Part shown: positions 49,924 to 60,088 of the stretch, piece by piece | How the letters are laid out: each line of letters opens with the position of its first letter | How positions within the stretch are numbered: position 1 is the stretch's first letter | Assembly (NCBI GenBank): GCA_965178125.1 | Contig: OZ237756.1 | Coordinates: forward strand, 930,001-994,000 | Length of the DNA stretch: 64,000 nucleotides | From: Bilabrum cf. latius | Lineage: Eukaryota | Reading direction: 5' to 3' | The notes under the pieces: generated by a model | Databases searched by the model: none | Told to the model about the DNA's origin: nothing | What the model saw: only the letters and a program-made list of their open reading frames with translations | Translations under genes and position numbers: made by a program

Positions 49924-51320
49924 ATGAGCATTAGAGGGTGAGAAGAGTTGTACGGTCTATATATCGTTACTCTCGCGCAATGCTGTACATTTGTGATGCA
50001 ATTACCCTACCGTGTACCCGTGCAGTCGTGATGCCCAAATCCAAGCGTTCAAGGCAAAACACCCATATGCCCAATCCGAGGTCGGTCAGGATGGTGAAGA
50101 TGTTTTCGTGCTTGGTATAATCCTGAGCAGAAAACCGCCCGGCTGGAACCCTGCAGCTCAGTGCATCGGAACCTTCAGAATGTGAGTATACCCAGCTTAT
50201 CTGCACTGGCGGGCGTGCGAGCAAATAGCAGCTGCGATGTTGTACCAACTCTTTATTTATACCTGCAGATCATTGCCACCCTTGTTCCCTTCTGAGAGAC
50301 CTCGGATTCATATCCAAGCTCCTGATGGATACGGTCTTAGCCATCCAAATATTTCCCGTGGCATGGTTGTAGGAATACGAGAGCTGGACAGCTGGAACAT
50401 ATCCAAGAGGCTAATTGGTAAGGTTTAGGCATCGGCAGCATGCTGTCGACTCATGTTATTGTCACAGCCGCGATGAAACCCCCGATTTGCCTGTCGACTT
50501 CGCAGATGTCGTCCAAACTGTCTTTCGGATCATGTGCCAGGAACAGCCACCAAACGTGTTTCCCGCTGCTGTGCATAGGTCCCCTCCGGGTTGGTTGGCC
50601 GCTCCAGCGCCTGCCCCTACCCCTGCCCCTGCCCCTGCCCCTGCCCCTGCCCCTGCCCCTGCCCCTGCCCCTGCCCCTGCCCCTGCCCCTGCCCCTGCCC
50701 CTGCCTACCGCCCGATGCCGTCCACCAGCCGGTCTGTCCCCACGGGCCCCGTGCATATGCCCCCCTGTCCAGATCGCTTTGTGGGCGTGGACAGCATGGA
50801 GCCTGCCGTGCTGCAGGTGCTAGCCGTGGATGAGGGAGAGGCGGACAGGACGGTGCACCGGCAGGAGCCCGGGATCCGTGGGCTGCGAGACAGGCTCAAG
50901 GGGCTAGTGCAGGCCAACAGGGACATGGCCGGTCGGCTGGTATAGGGGGCAGATGGACCCTCGGGGCACAGGGTCCGGCGAGAAACCCTCGAGTCTCAAC
51001 TGGCGGTGCGCCAGGTAGAGGGGGCCCAGCTGGAGGAGAGGCTCAAAGCGGCGCTGCGCAAGAGGGACCAGGCAGGCGCGGGGCAGGGGGGTGATGCCGC
51101 TGCGCTGAGTGCCAAACTTGGGCGCCTGGAGGAATAGGCGGGGGATGAACTGGATGTAGCTCGCGAGGAACTGGTCGATGGGGCTTGGGAGAGCGGGGAT
51201 GGAAATCGACGGCAGGCCATCAGCAAGGTGTGCGACAGGATCCTGGCCGCTGCCACCCGCAGGGCCGAGATGCACGGGAAGAGGCTGCTGCTGGATGCGT
51301 TTGGACTTGCCACCGAATGA
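49924..51320 (+). CDS. VPS37-like ESCRT-I subunit (UEV-like N-terminus, Pro-Ala linker, helical C-terminus); about 3 introns
   Basis: Spliced RDAQIQAF...ISLPPLFPSERPRI...LSHPNI...LDSWNISKRLI, (PA)n linker, coiled C-terminus with in-frame TAGs; TGA 51318-51320. Confidence 0.5.
50610..50706 (+). repeat. (CCTGCC)n hexamer repeat encoding (Pro-Ala)n
   Basis: near-perfect hexamer run. Confidence 0.95.
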
Positions 51321-51513
51321 TCGGCTGCAACAGATATACGTGTAGGACGCCACTCACTCGTCATGCGGCCAACTGATTGTCGGCCTGACCGAGCGACACA
51401 AAAATTTAGCCCGCGCCACATCTACTCGGAGCCTCAGGAAATCCACGTGCTCGAAAGACGCCTTCCAAGGCTCCCAATCAGGTGTGTTTGGAATGGCATT
51501 CTAAGCATTAAAT

Positions 51514-53382
51514 ATGGATGCGGTCAGTAGTCCTGCCAGGCGGGCTCGTAGACGAAGGAGACGGAGACGCGGTCCAGGCCAATCGGGTGCACAGACTGGT
51601 GCGCCTGCTCTGACACTTGGGGGTTTACTATCCAGCTCTCTGGCTGGGCATGATAAACAACCTGCAAAGGTGCACGATTCCAACCTGTCCAGACCCCATG
51701 GCTTGGCAAAAGCACCGGCGATTCCGAAAGGTGGCTCAAGCCGGTTTCGAATCAAACCAGCGTCTGCAGAAAAGCATGGTGGTCACGGCGGTAACCCTGG
51801 CAGCGCCTCGAGAGTAGTTGTCTAGTCCAGACGCAGGAAACGCGCATCTCCTGTTGCAATCGATATGCTCCGAGAGAGGCTCAACAGGTGGGCGACGAAC
51901 AATCCAAAAGCAATGTCAGCTGCGCTAGAGCACTTTGCGGGCAGGCCTGCGGACTCGCGCGGGTGCCAAGAGCTCCGTGAATCTATGGCTGATGTCGACC
52001 GGACAGATTCTGAACAAATTGCCAAGGTTGTTGCATGCTTACTGCACTATGGTGGTTTGACGAGAAGTACCAATGTGGCAGCAGTCCGATCGATCGTTCC
52101 TTGGATCCCTACTGCTGGCTCAGATTAGCGGGATGCCGTGTCACATCACCCACCAGATATGTACATGGTGGGCAGTGTGAACATTGAGGTGGCAGCTGCT
52201 GCCTCATCTGGCCCTACGAAGCCAGCCGGAGTCAAGTCTACCCGTGGAGTTCACGCTGCATCAAACAAGCTGTCCCTGCACCTACCTGCCTCAGTCATTC
52301 GCCTAGAATCGGAGGCGCTCATTGCCGCAGTGCAAGGTGTATCGTCCACTAAACCGCCGTGTGCGACCGTTTGTCTGGTACATGCAGGAAAGCCCACTGC
52401 AAGCGCCGCCCCAACTGTGCCGTGTCCTAGCCCCCATGCAGGGTCATCGGGCAGTGCGCCTGCTGGTCCAGCACTGGAACTGCAGCCGAGCACAGGAAAG
52501 GAACTATGCATCCACATGCCCCTGCAGGCCCCGCTGCTGGCCGCCCCGTTGCCCCCGCACCAGGTGCGACTCCGGTGTCCCCATCAGCTGTCCGCCGCGC
52601 TGGATGCCGCCGTCGAGGCCATGCTGCGGAGGGTCCGTCGGTTGCAGTGGAGGGCGGAGCAGAAAGACCTGGCGGCAGCGAGGCTGAAGCCAAGGTACGT
52701 GGCTGGGCTGCGGCAGGCGTGCAGTGCTGTGAGAACGGGCCGTGCTCTGCTGGTGGTGCTGGCTCCAAACACCAAGGGTGGAGACGGGAAAGGAGCCATC
52801 GGGAGCGGCCCAGGAGATGGCGCCGAGGCAACTGGAGCAGCTTCTGGTGCGGGTGCATCTGACCCGATGCATGCCAGCCTGGGTGCAGACCCAGGTCCTC
52901 CTCAGCAGCCTCCTCTAGCAACGGGTGGCATGGATGGCAGAGTCCGTGCCTTAGTGCAGTCCATTGTAGCAGCGCAAAACGACGAAGCAGCTACGGCTGC
53001 CTATGCTCTGTCGACCGGCAAAGGTCGTGCTGCTGCCCTGCGCAAGGGCACCGAGTGCATTTGCGCCCTCTCAACGAAGCGAATCGCTAGGGCGCTGCAG
53101 GACGTAGGAGGGGGAAGGCGTGCAGGAGATGCGGCTGCGGGCAGATCAACAGGGGGAAGGCAAGCAGGAGATGCGGCTGCGGGCAAATCAAGGCGAGGCA
53201 GCCGCAAGCGAAGCGGGCCTGAGCACGTGTCGGCGATTGCTCTGCTGTCAGAGGAGCAGCTGGGCGCCCTGCCGCAGGTTGTGCGGGCCCTGGCTCGCGC
53301 CCTAGCTGTGGGTGGTGGTGGGCTCGCTGGCGCTGACGTCCCGGGTGCGCCGGTTGGTCTGTGGGTACACCACAAACTGTGA
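51514..53382 (+). CDS. SECISBP2: SECIS-binding protein 2-like (L7Ae domain)
   Basis: CPHQLSAALDAAVEAMLRRVRRLQWRAEQKDLAAARLKPRYVAGLRQ...LLVVLAPN...CALSTKRIARAL...VSAIALLS parallels the SBP2 RNA-binding domain. ORFs 51514, 51865 and 52138 are in frame via TAG; TGA stop. Confidence 0.75.
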
Positions 53383-53488
53383 CCTTGGCGATGGTGCTGT
53401 ACAGCAGATTGCCGTGGATACGTCTAGCGAGTAAATCAACTAAATCTTCGACTTGACTGAAAGTACGCGTTTCGATCTCTCCAGGTCA

Positions 53489-55435
53489 TTACGCGAGCTC
53501 GCACTTGCCACTGATGAGCAGCTGCAGCAGCTACTTCTTGTTCACCTTTCCCATAGCGTTGCGGGGAATTTCTTCGACCCAAACAACTGCTCGGGGGCTC
53601 TTGTACGGAGCCATCTGCCCCAGGGCCCACTCCTGCACCTCCTGGGCGCTTGCATTTGTGCTAACTGGGGCCCGCACCGCTAGGGCAAGCACCGTCTCAC
53701 CCATGCCTCTAGCCTCCAGTGCGGCGATGGCATGCCCACACGGTTCCAGCCCGCTACTGTCCCACTTGTCTCGCAGAGCCTATCGCACAGCTGCTGCATC
53801 TTCGTCTGGAATCCCGAGCACTGACACATCGCCGACAGCCTCGTGGTCCAGCATAACCGTCTCGGCCTCGAGCGCCGACACCTTGTACCCTCCTACCTTA
53901 ATGATGTCCGCCGATGCACGCCCCAAGATGCGCCAGCGACCCTTCAAATCCCGCGCCACCATATCACCGGTCTGGAACCACCTTGGGACCGCTTGCACCT
54001 GCTCCTGCGACATGGCGCGCTGTGCCGCCGGGCCATTGACACCCTCATAGGCAACCGTGCCAGCGGGCAGCTGCGACCCCTTCTTGAAGGCCTCTGCAGT
54101 CGCCTCTTCCCTGCGCCAATAGTGATCAAACACGCTGGGCCCAGCAAGCCACAGTTCCCCGGTCACTCCCCCCTCTTCCCCATCCCCATGCTGCACATCC
54201 TGCGGTCTTGCCTCGCGGTCAGGAGCCACTGCCGCCATCACCCCCGGCAGCGGCCAGCCCACCGACCCGAGCACCCTGCCTTCCTCGGGCTCGAATGGAT
54301 TGGACAGCGCCATGCCCACCTCCGTCATGCCATACCTCTCTAGCAGGCGGCCGCCCGTGCGCTGAGTCCACGCCCGGCCAAGGGCTGCTGGCAGTGGCGC
54401 TGATCCACTGAAGCACTACACTGCTGGGCTACGACCCCGGACATGCTCTTCTTTCAGCACATTCCCCGTCTACTGCAAGAGCTTGTGGTACATGGCTGGC
54501 ACTGCCATGAAGCGCGTGGGGGTGCACTGCACTGCAGGTGCATTGTCCTCCTGCCCTGTCAAAGCGCTCCACACCGTGTCCGGAGAGAACTTGCCCCTGC
54601 GCATGTCCACAGTGGCCCCCGCCCACATGGCGCACTGCAATCCGTTGATCAGTCCGTGCACGTGGTGCAAGGGCAGTGTGTGCAGCACGATGTCGCTGGG
54701 TTGCCACTGCCAGGCGTCCACCAGGGTGGAGGTCATGGCATCCAGGGAGGCATGTGTATGTACGACGCCCTTTGGTCGACTGGTTGTGCCAGAGGTGAAT
54801 ATCATGAGTGCCCCGCTGCCAGATTGCGCAACATGATCCGGCAAATCGTCATGTAGCGGGCGGGCGCTTACATGTGCAGCGTGCTGCTTATTCCACTGCC
54901 GCACTGACACATGCTTCGCATGCAGGTTTCGGGCAAGATCCTTGGCTTCATTGTAGCTGTTGCTAAGATCAAGAATGATTCCACTGCCCGAAGAAATTGA
55001 GGTCGTGGATGCAACTGTGCTCACCGGCACTGGAAGATTCAGATCCCAAACTCGGCTTGCAAGGGAACTGCTGCAGATAACCATAGCAGGATCTGATGTT
55101 GTTATCGCATACCCCAACTCAGATTGTGGGTGGGAGTCACACAGTGGGACTACCATAGCGCCAGCTTGCCAAACTGCCCACTGCGCTGCAACGAAGTCAT
55201 ACCCAGTTGCCAAAACACATACTCTTGGTGTCGCCTGCGCTGACATTTGTTCACTCTTCTTGATTCTAAGGTACTAGCTGATCTCTACGGCAAGCTGCGC
55301 CGAATCAGCTCCCAAGTGCTAGTAAGTAAAGGCATGGGTACGATCCAAATCAAGAATAGCTATTCTCTCCGGTGAATGCACCTGAGACAGTTTAAAGACA
55401 GTAGACATAGGTCTTGCTGGTGATTTGCAGAACAT
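53489..55435 (-). CDS. ACSF3: AMP-dependent acyl-CoA synthetase, malonyl-CoA synthetase (ACSF3)-like
   Basis: FTSGTTSRPKGV, LPLHHVHGL, SGSAPLP, LERYGMTEVGMALSNP, WFQTGD, GRASADIIKVGGYKVSALE, IPRNAMGKVNKK; several in-frame TAGs; ends TAA 53489. Confidence 0.9.
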
Positions 55436-55865
55436 ACCATGTCGTTCTGCAGAATATCTAGTCAGGTGAGAGCATCGTCCGAACCGCCCGCTGCGATGCA
55501 AACAGCAACTCACAATTGCATGTATATTCGAGTACAGCAGAAATCAGTCACGTCTACCTATAACCTTACTCTACTCACGCTTTAGAGATAGCTCGAAGCA
55601 TACAAAATTTGTGTACGTGTAGCTGACGCACCTGCATAAATGTAGATCTAGGAGGCACCATGAGTGGTGGCTCCGGATCCGAACGCACACGGACCTACCT
55701 AACTTGATAGATCGACGTGCAATACTAATTTGGTACTGTAAAGTCATGCTATTGCTTAACACAATCTCATATATCGTGCCCACAAGGCGCCAGCGGCACC
55801 CTCCAAACCTCATCCGTGGCGCTCTCGTCTAGCCTCCGGTACATGTTCGTGAGGCCAAGGATAAT

Positions 55866-56745
55866 GGGTTTAGGGTTAGGGTTAGGGTTAGGGTTAGGGT
55901 TAGGGTTAGGGTTAGGGTTAGGGTTAGGGTTAGGGTTAGGGTTAGGGTTAGGGTTAGGGTTAGGGTTAGGGTTAGGGTTAGGGTTAGGGTTAGGGTTAGG
56001 GTTAGGGTTAGGGTTAGGGTTAGGGTTAGGGTTAGGGTTAGGGTTAGGGTTAGGGTTAGGGTTAGGGTTAGGGTTAGGGTTAGGGTTAGGGTTAGGGTTA
56101 GGGTTAGGGTTAGGGTTAGGGTTAGGGTTAGGGTTAGGGTTAGGGTTAGGGTTAGGGTTAGGGTTAGGGTTAGGGTTAGGGTTAGGGTTAGGGTTAGGGT
56201 TAGGGTTAGGGTTAGGGTTAGGGTTAGGGTTAGGGTTAGGGTTAGGGTTAGGGTTAGGGTTAGGGTTAGGGTTAGGGTTAGGGTTAGGGTTAGGGTTAGG
56301 GTTAGGGTTAGGGTTAGGGTTAGGGTTAGGGTTAGGGTTAGGGTTAGGGTTAGGGTTAGGGTTAGGGTTAGGGTTAGGGTTAGGGTTAGGGTTAGGGTTA
56401 GGGTTAGGGTTAGGGTTAGGGTTAGGGTTAGGGTTAGGGTTAGGGTTAGGGTTAGGGTTAGGGTTAGGGTTAGGGTTAGGGTTAGGGTTAGGGTTAGGGT
56501 TAGGGTTAGGGTTAGGGTTAGGGTTAGGGTTAGGGTTAGGGTTAGGGTTAGGGTTAGGGTTAGGGTTAGGGTTAGGGTTAGGGTTAGGGTTAGGGTTAGG
56601 GTTAGGGTTAGGGTTAGGGTTAGGGTTAGGGTTAGGGTTAGGGTTAGGGTTAGGGTTAGGGTTAGGGTTAGGGTTAGGGTTAGGGTTAGGGTTAGGGTTA
56701 GGGTTAGGGTTAGGGTTAGGGTTAGGGTTAGGGTTAGGGTTAGGG
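55866..56745 (+). repeat. telomeric (TTAGGG)n tract 1 (~880 bp)
   Basis: perfect TTAGGG array, G-strand pointing toward the window end. Confidence 0.99.
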
Positions 56746-57880
56746 TATCTAATATAAAGTCAGGGACAGGGTCGGGGAAAAAATATTTTCATCTTCAATA
56801 TTTGTCGAAAAACGACGTGCTACGATCTCGGTAACTACAGGTGATATGAAGACCGTTCAAACTGCATCGGGACGGCCTGGGGGCACAACATGGGCCAAAT
56901 GTTCCCCAGGTTCCGTTCTGGCCGCGTGGCGCCGATATGGGTGTATGAAGAATTTCACACCGAAAAACGACGTGCTACGATCTCGGCAACTACAGGTGAT
57001 ATGAAGACCGTTCAAACTGCATCGGGACGGCCTGGGGGCACAACATGGGCCAAATGTTCCCCAGGTTCCGTTCTGGCCGCGCGGCGCCGATATGGGTGTA
57101 TGAAGAATTTCACACCGAAAAACGACGTGCTACGATCTCGGCAACTACAGGTGATATGAAGACCGTTCAAACTGCATCGGGACGGCCTGGGGGCACAACA
57201 TGGGCCAAATGTTCCCCAGGTTCCGTTCTGGCCGCGCGGCGCCGATATGGGTGTATGAAGAATTTCACACCGAAAAACGACGTGCTACGATCTCGGCAAC
57301 TACAGGTGATATGAAGACCGTTCAAACTGCATCGGGACGGCCTGGGGGCACAACATGGGCCAAATGTTCCCCAGGTTCCGTTCTGGCCGCGCGGCGCCGA
57401 TATGGGTGTATGAAGAATTTCACACCGAAAAACGACGTGCTACGATCTCGGCAACTACAGGTGATATGAAGACCGTTCAAACTGCATCGGGACGGCCTGG
57501 GGGCACAACATGGGCCAAATGTTCCCCAGGTTCCGTTCTGGCCGCGCGGCGCCGATATGGGTGTATGAAGAATTTCACACCGAAAAACGACGTGCTACGA
57601 TCTCGGCAACTACAGGTGATATGAAGACCGTTCAAACTGCATCGGGACGGCCTGGGGGCACAACATGGGCCAAATGTTCCCCAGGTTCCGTTCTGGCCGC
57701 GCGGCGCCGATATGGGTGTATGAAGAATTTCACACCGAAAAACGACGTGCTACGATCTCGGCAACTACAGGTGATATGAAGACCGTTCAAACTGCATCGG
57801 GACGGCCTGGGAGCACAACATGGGCCAAATGTTCCCCAGGTTCCGTTCTGGCCGCGCGGCGCCGATATGGGTGTATGAAG
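56746..57880 (+). repeat. conserved leader + 155-bp satellite subfamily A (~7 copies)
   Basis: Leader TATCTAATATAAAGTCAGGGACAGGGTCGGGG...; monomer AAAACGACGTGCTACGATCTCGGCAACTACAGG... with 155-bp period. Confidence 0.95.
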
Positions 57881-58133
57881 ATTTGCATGTTTATTCAATA
57901 TGCATGGTTTATCTGTCAATTGTAGAATGGGTATGGTGTACATGACAGTTGTATTTGCTGTGTGGATTGCTTTGATCTAAGGTATTAACTGGTTGACACG
58001 TCAAGACTCAACAGAATGCCTCCCGGCTCCTAATGCTGCGTCCGAATGGGTCAATGGCAGACACTTTGGCAAACTCCTCTCACAAGCTGGCCCAGCTGCC
58101 ACTGACCTCAATTGCCGTCCCCCTGCCTGCCTC

Positions 58134-58280
58134 TCACTCGTCACCGAAAGCTGCTAGGAGCGCTTCCACAGCGTCGACGTCTGCCGCATTGAGATCTCCT
58201 TTCGCCGTCTTCTCGAGGGCCGTCATCAGGTTTGCGAACATTTCCAACTCGCGGTCCCTCTCTTCAATTGTTGCCTCGGT
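58134..58280 (-). pseudogene. truncated 3' fragment of a coding sequence abutting telomere repeats
   Basis: Reads TEATIEERDRELEMFANLMTALEKTAKGDLNAADVDAVEALLAAFGDE*; its 5' part is replaced by (TTAGGG)n at 58281. Confidence 0.45.
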
Positions 58281-58675
58281 TTAGGTTAGGGTTAGGGTTA
58301 GGGTTAGGGTTAGGGTTAGGGTTAGGGTTAGGGTTAGGGTTAGGGTTAGGGTTAGGGTTAGGGTTAGGGTTAGGGTTAGGGTTAGGGTTAGGGTTAGGGT
58401 TAGGGTTAGGGTTAGGGTTAGGGTTAGGGTTAGGGTTAGGGTTAGGGTTAGGGTTAGGGTTAGGGTTAGGGTTAGGGTTAGGGTTAGGGTTAGGGTTAGG
58501 GTTAGGGTTAGGGTTAGGGTTAGGGTTAGGGTTAGGGTTAGGGTTAGGGTTAGGGTTAGGGTTAGGGTTAGGGTTAGGGTTAGGGTTAGGGTTAGGGTTA
58601 GGGTTAGGGTTAGGGTTAGGGTTAGGGTTAGGGTTAGGGTTAGGGTTAGGGTTAGGGTTAGGGTTAGGGTTAGGG
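58281..58675 (+). repeat. telomeric (TTAGGG)n tract 2
   Basis: perfect array. Confidence 0.99.
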
Positions 58676-59984
58676 TATCTAATATAAAGTCAGGGACAGG
58701 GTCGGGGAAAAAAAAATTTCATCTTCACTTTTTGTCGAAAAAATGCGCGCGACGATCTCGGCAACCAGATGAGATATGAGGACCGTTCAAACTGCATCGG
58801 GACGGCCTGGGGGTACAATGTTGGGCAAATGTTCCCCAGGTTCCGTTTATACCGCGCGGCGACAATATGGCTGGACGAAGATTGTCATGCAGAAAAAATG
58901 CGCGCGACGATCTCGGCAACCAGATGAGATATGAAGACCGTTCAAACTGCATCGGGACGGCCTGGGGGTACAATGTGGGGCAAATGTTCCCCAGGTTCCG
59001 TTTTGACCGCGCGGCGACAATATGGCTGGACAAAGATTGTCATGCAGAAAAAATGCGCGCGACGATCTCGGCAACCAGATGAGATATGAAGACCGTTCAA
59101 ACTGCATCGGGACGGCCTGGGACCACAACAGGGGGCAAATGTTCCCCAGGTTCCGTTTTGACCGCGCGGCGACAATATGGCTGGACGAAGATTGTCATGC
59201 AGAAAAAATGCGCGCGACGATCTCGGCAACCAGATGAGATATGAAGACCGTTCAAACTGCATCGGGACGGCCTGGGGGTACAATGTGGGGCAAATGTTCC
59301 CCAGGTTCCGTTTTGACCGCGCGGCGACAATATGGCTGGACGAAGATTGTCATGCAGAAAAAATGCGCGCGACGATCTCGGCAACCAGATGAGATATGAA
59401 GACCGTTCAAACTGCATCGGGACGGCCTGGGGGTACAATGTGGGGCAAATGTTCCCCAGGTTCCGTTTTGACCGCGCGGCGACAATATGGCTGGACGAAG
59501 ATTGTCATGCAGAAAAAATGCGCGCGACGATCTCGGCAACCAGATGAGATATGAAGACCGTTCAAACTGCATCGGGACGGCCTGGGGGTACAATGTGGGG
59601 CAAATGTTCCCCAGGTTCCGTTTTGACCGCGCGGCGACAATATGGCTGGACGAAGATTGTCATGCAGAAAAAATGCGCGCGACGATCTCGGCAACCAGAT
59701 GAGATATGAAGACCGTTCAAACTGCATCGGGACGGCCTGGGGGTACAATGTGGGGCAAATGTTCCCCAGGTTCCGTTTTGACCGCGCGGCGACAATATGG
59801 CTGGACGAAGATTGTCATGCAGAAAAAATGCGCGCGACGATCTCGGCAACCAGATGAGATATGAAGACCGTTCAAACTGCATCGGGACGGCCTGGGGGTA
59901 CAATGTGGGGCAAATGTTCCCCAGGTTCCGTTTTGACCGCGCGGCGACAATATGGCTGGACGAAGATTGTCATGCAGAAAAAAT
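58676..59984 (+). repeat. conserved leader + 155-bp satellite subfamily B (~8 copies)
   Basis: Same leader; monomer AAAAATGCGCGCGACGATCTCGGCAACCAGATG... with 155-bp period. Confidence 0.95.
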
Positions 59985-60088
59985 GGGTAGGGTTAGGGTT
60001 AGGGTTAGGGTTAGGGTTAGGGTTAGGGTTAGGGTTAGGGTTAGGGTTAGGGTTAGGGTTAGGGTTAGGGTTAGGGTTAGGGTTAGGG
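59985..60088 (+). repeat. telomeric (TTAGGG)n tract 3
   Basis: perfect array of about 17 units. Confidence 0.99.

Noticed and set aside
1643-54856. Many long antisense or alternative-frame ORFs (e.g. 1643-2719, 28782-29783, 38655-39701)
   Set aside because: Shadow ORFs of GC-rich genes on the opposite strand; no motifs
739-55435. Cluster of pseudogenes, or systematic sequencing error, as the cause of broken ORFs
   Set aside because: Interruptions are exclusively TAG, frames are preserved, conserved housekeeping genes are affected and conserved Gln columns are hit
739-55435. Ciliate-type code (UAA and UAG both Gln) or pyrrolysine
   Set aside because: TAA ends genes at expected C-termini and was not seen inside conserved domains; TAG sites are numerous and Gln-like, unlike Pyl usage
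55816-56757. 313-aa (GL)n ORF and similar ORFs at 58232 and 59797
   Set aside because: Translation of TTAGGG repeats; no coding evidence
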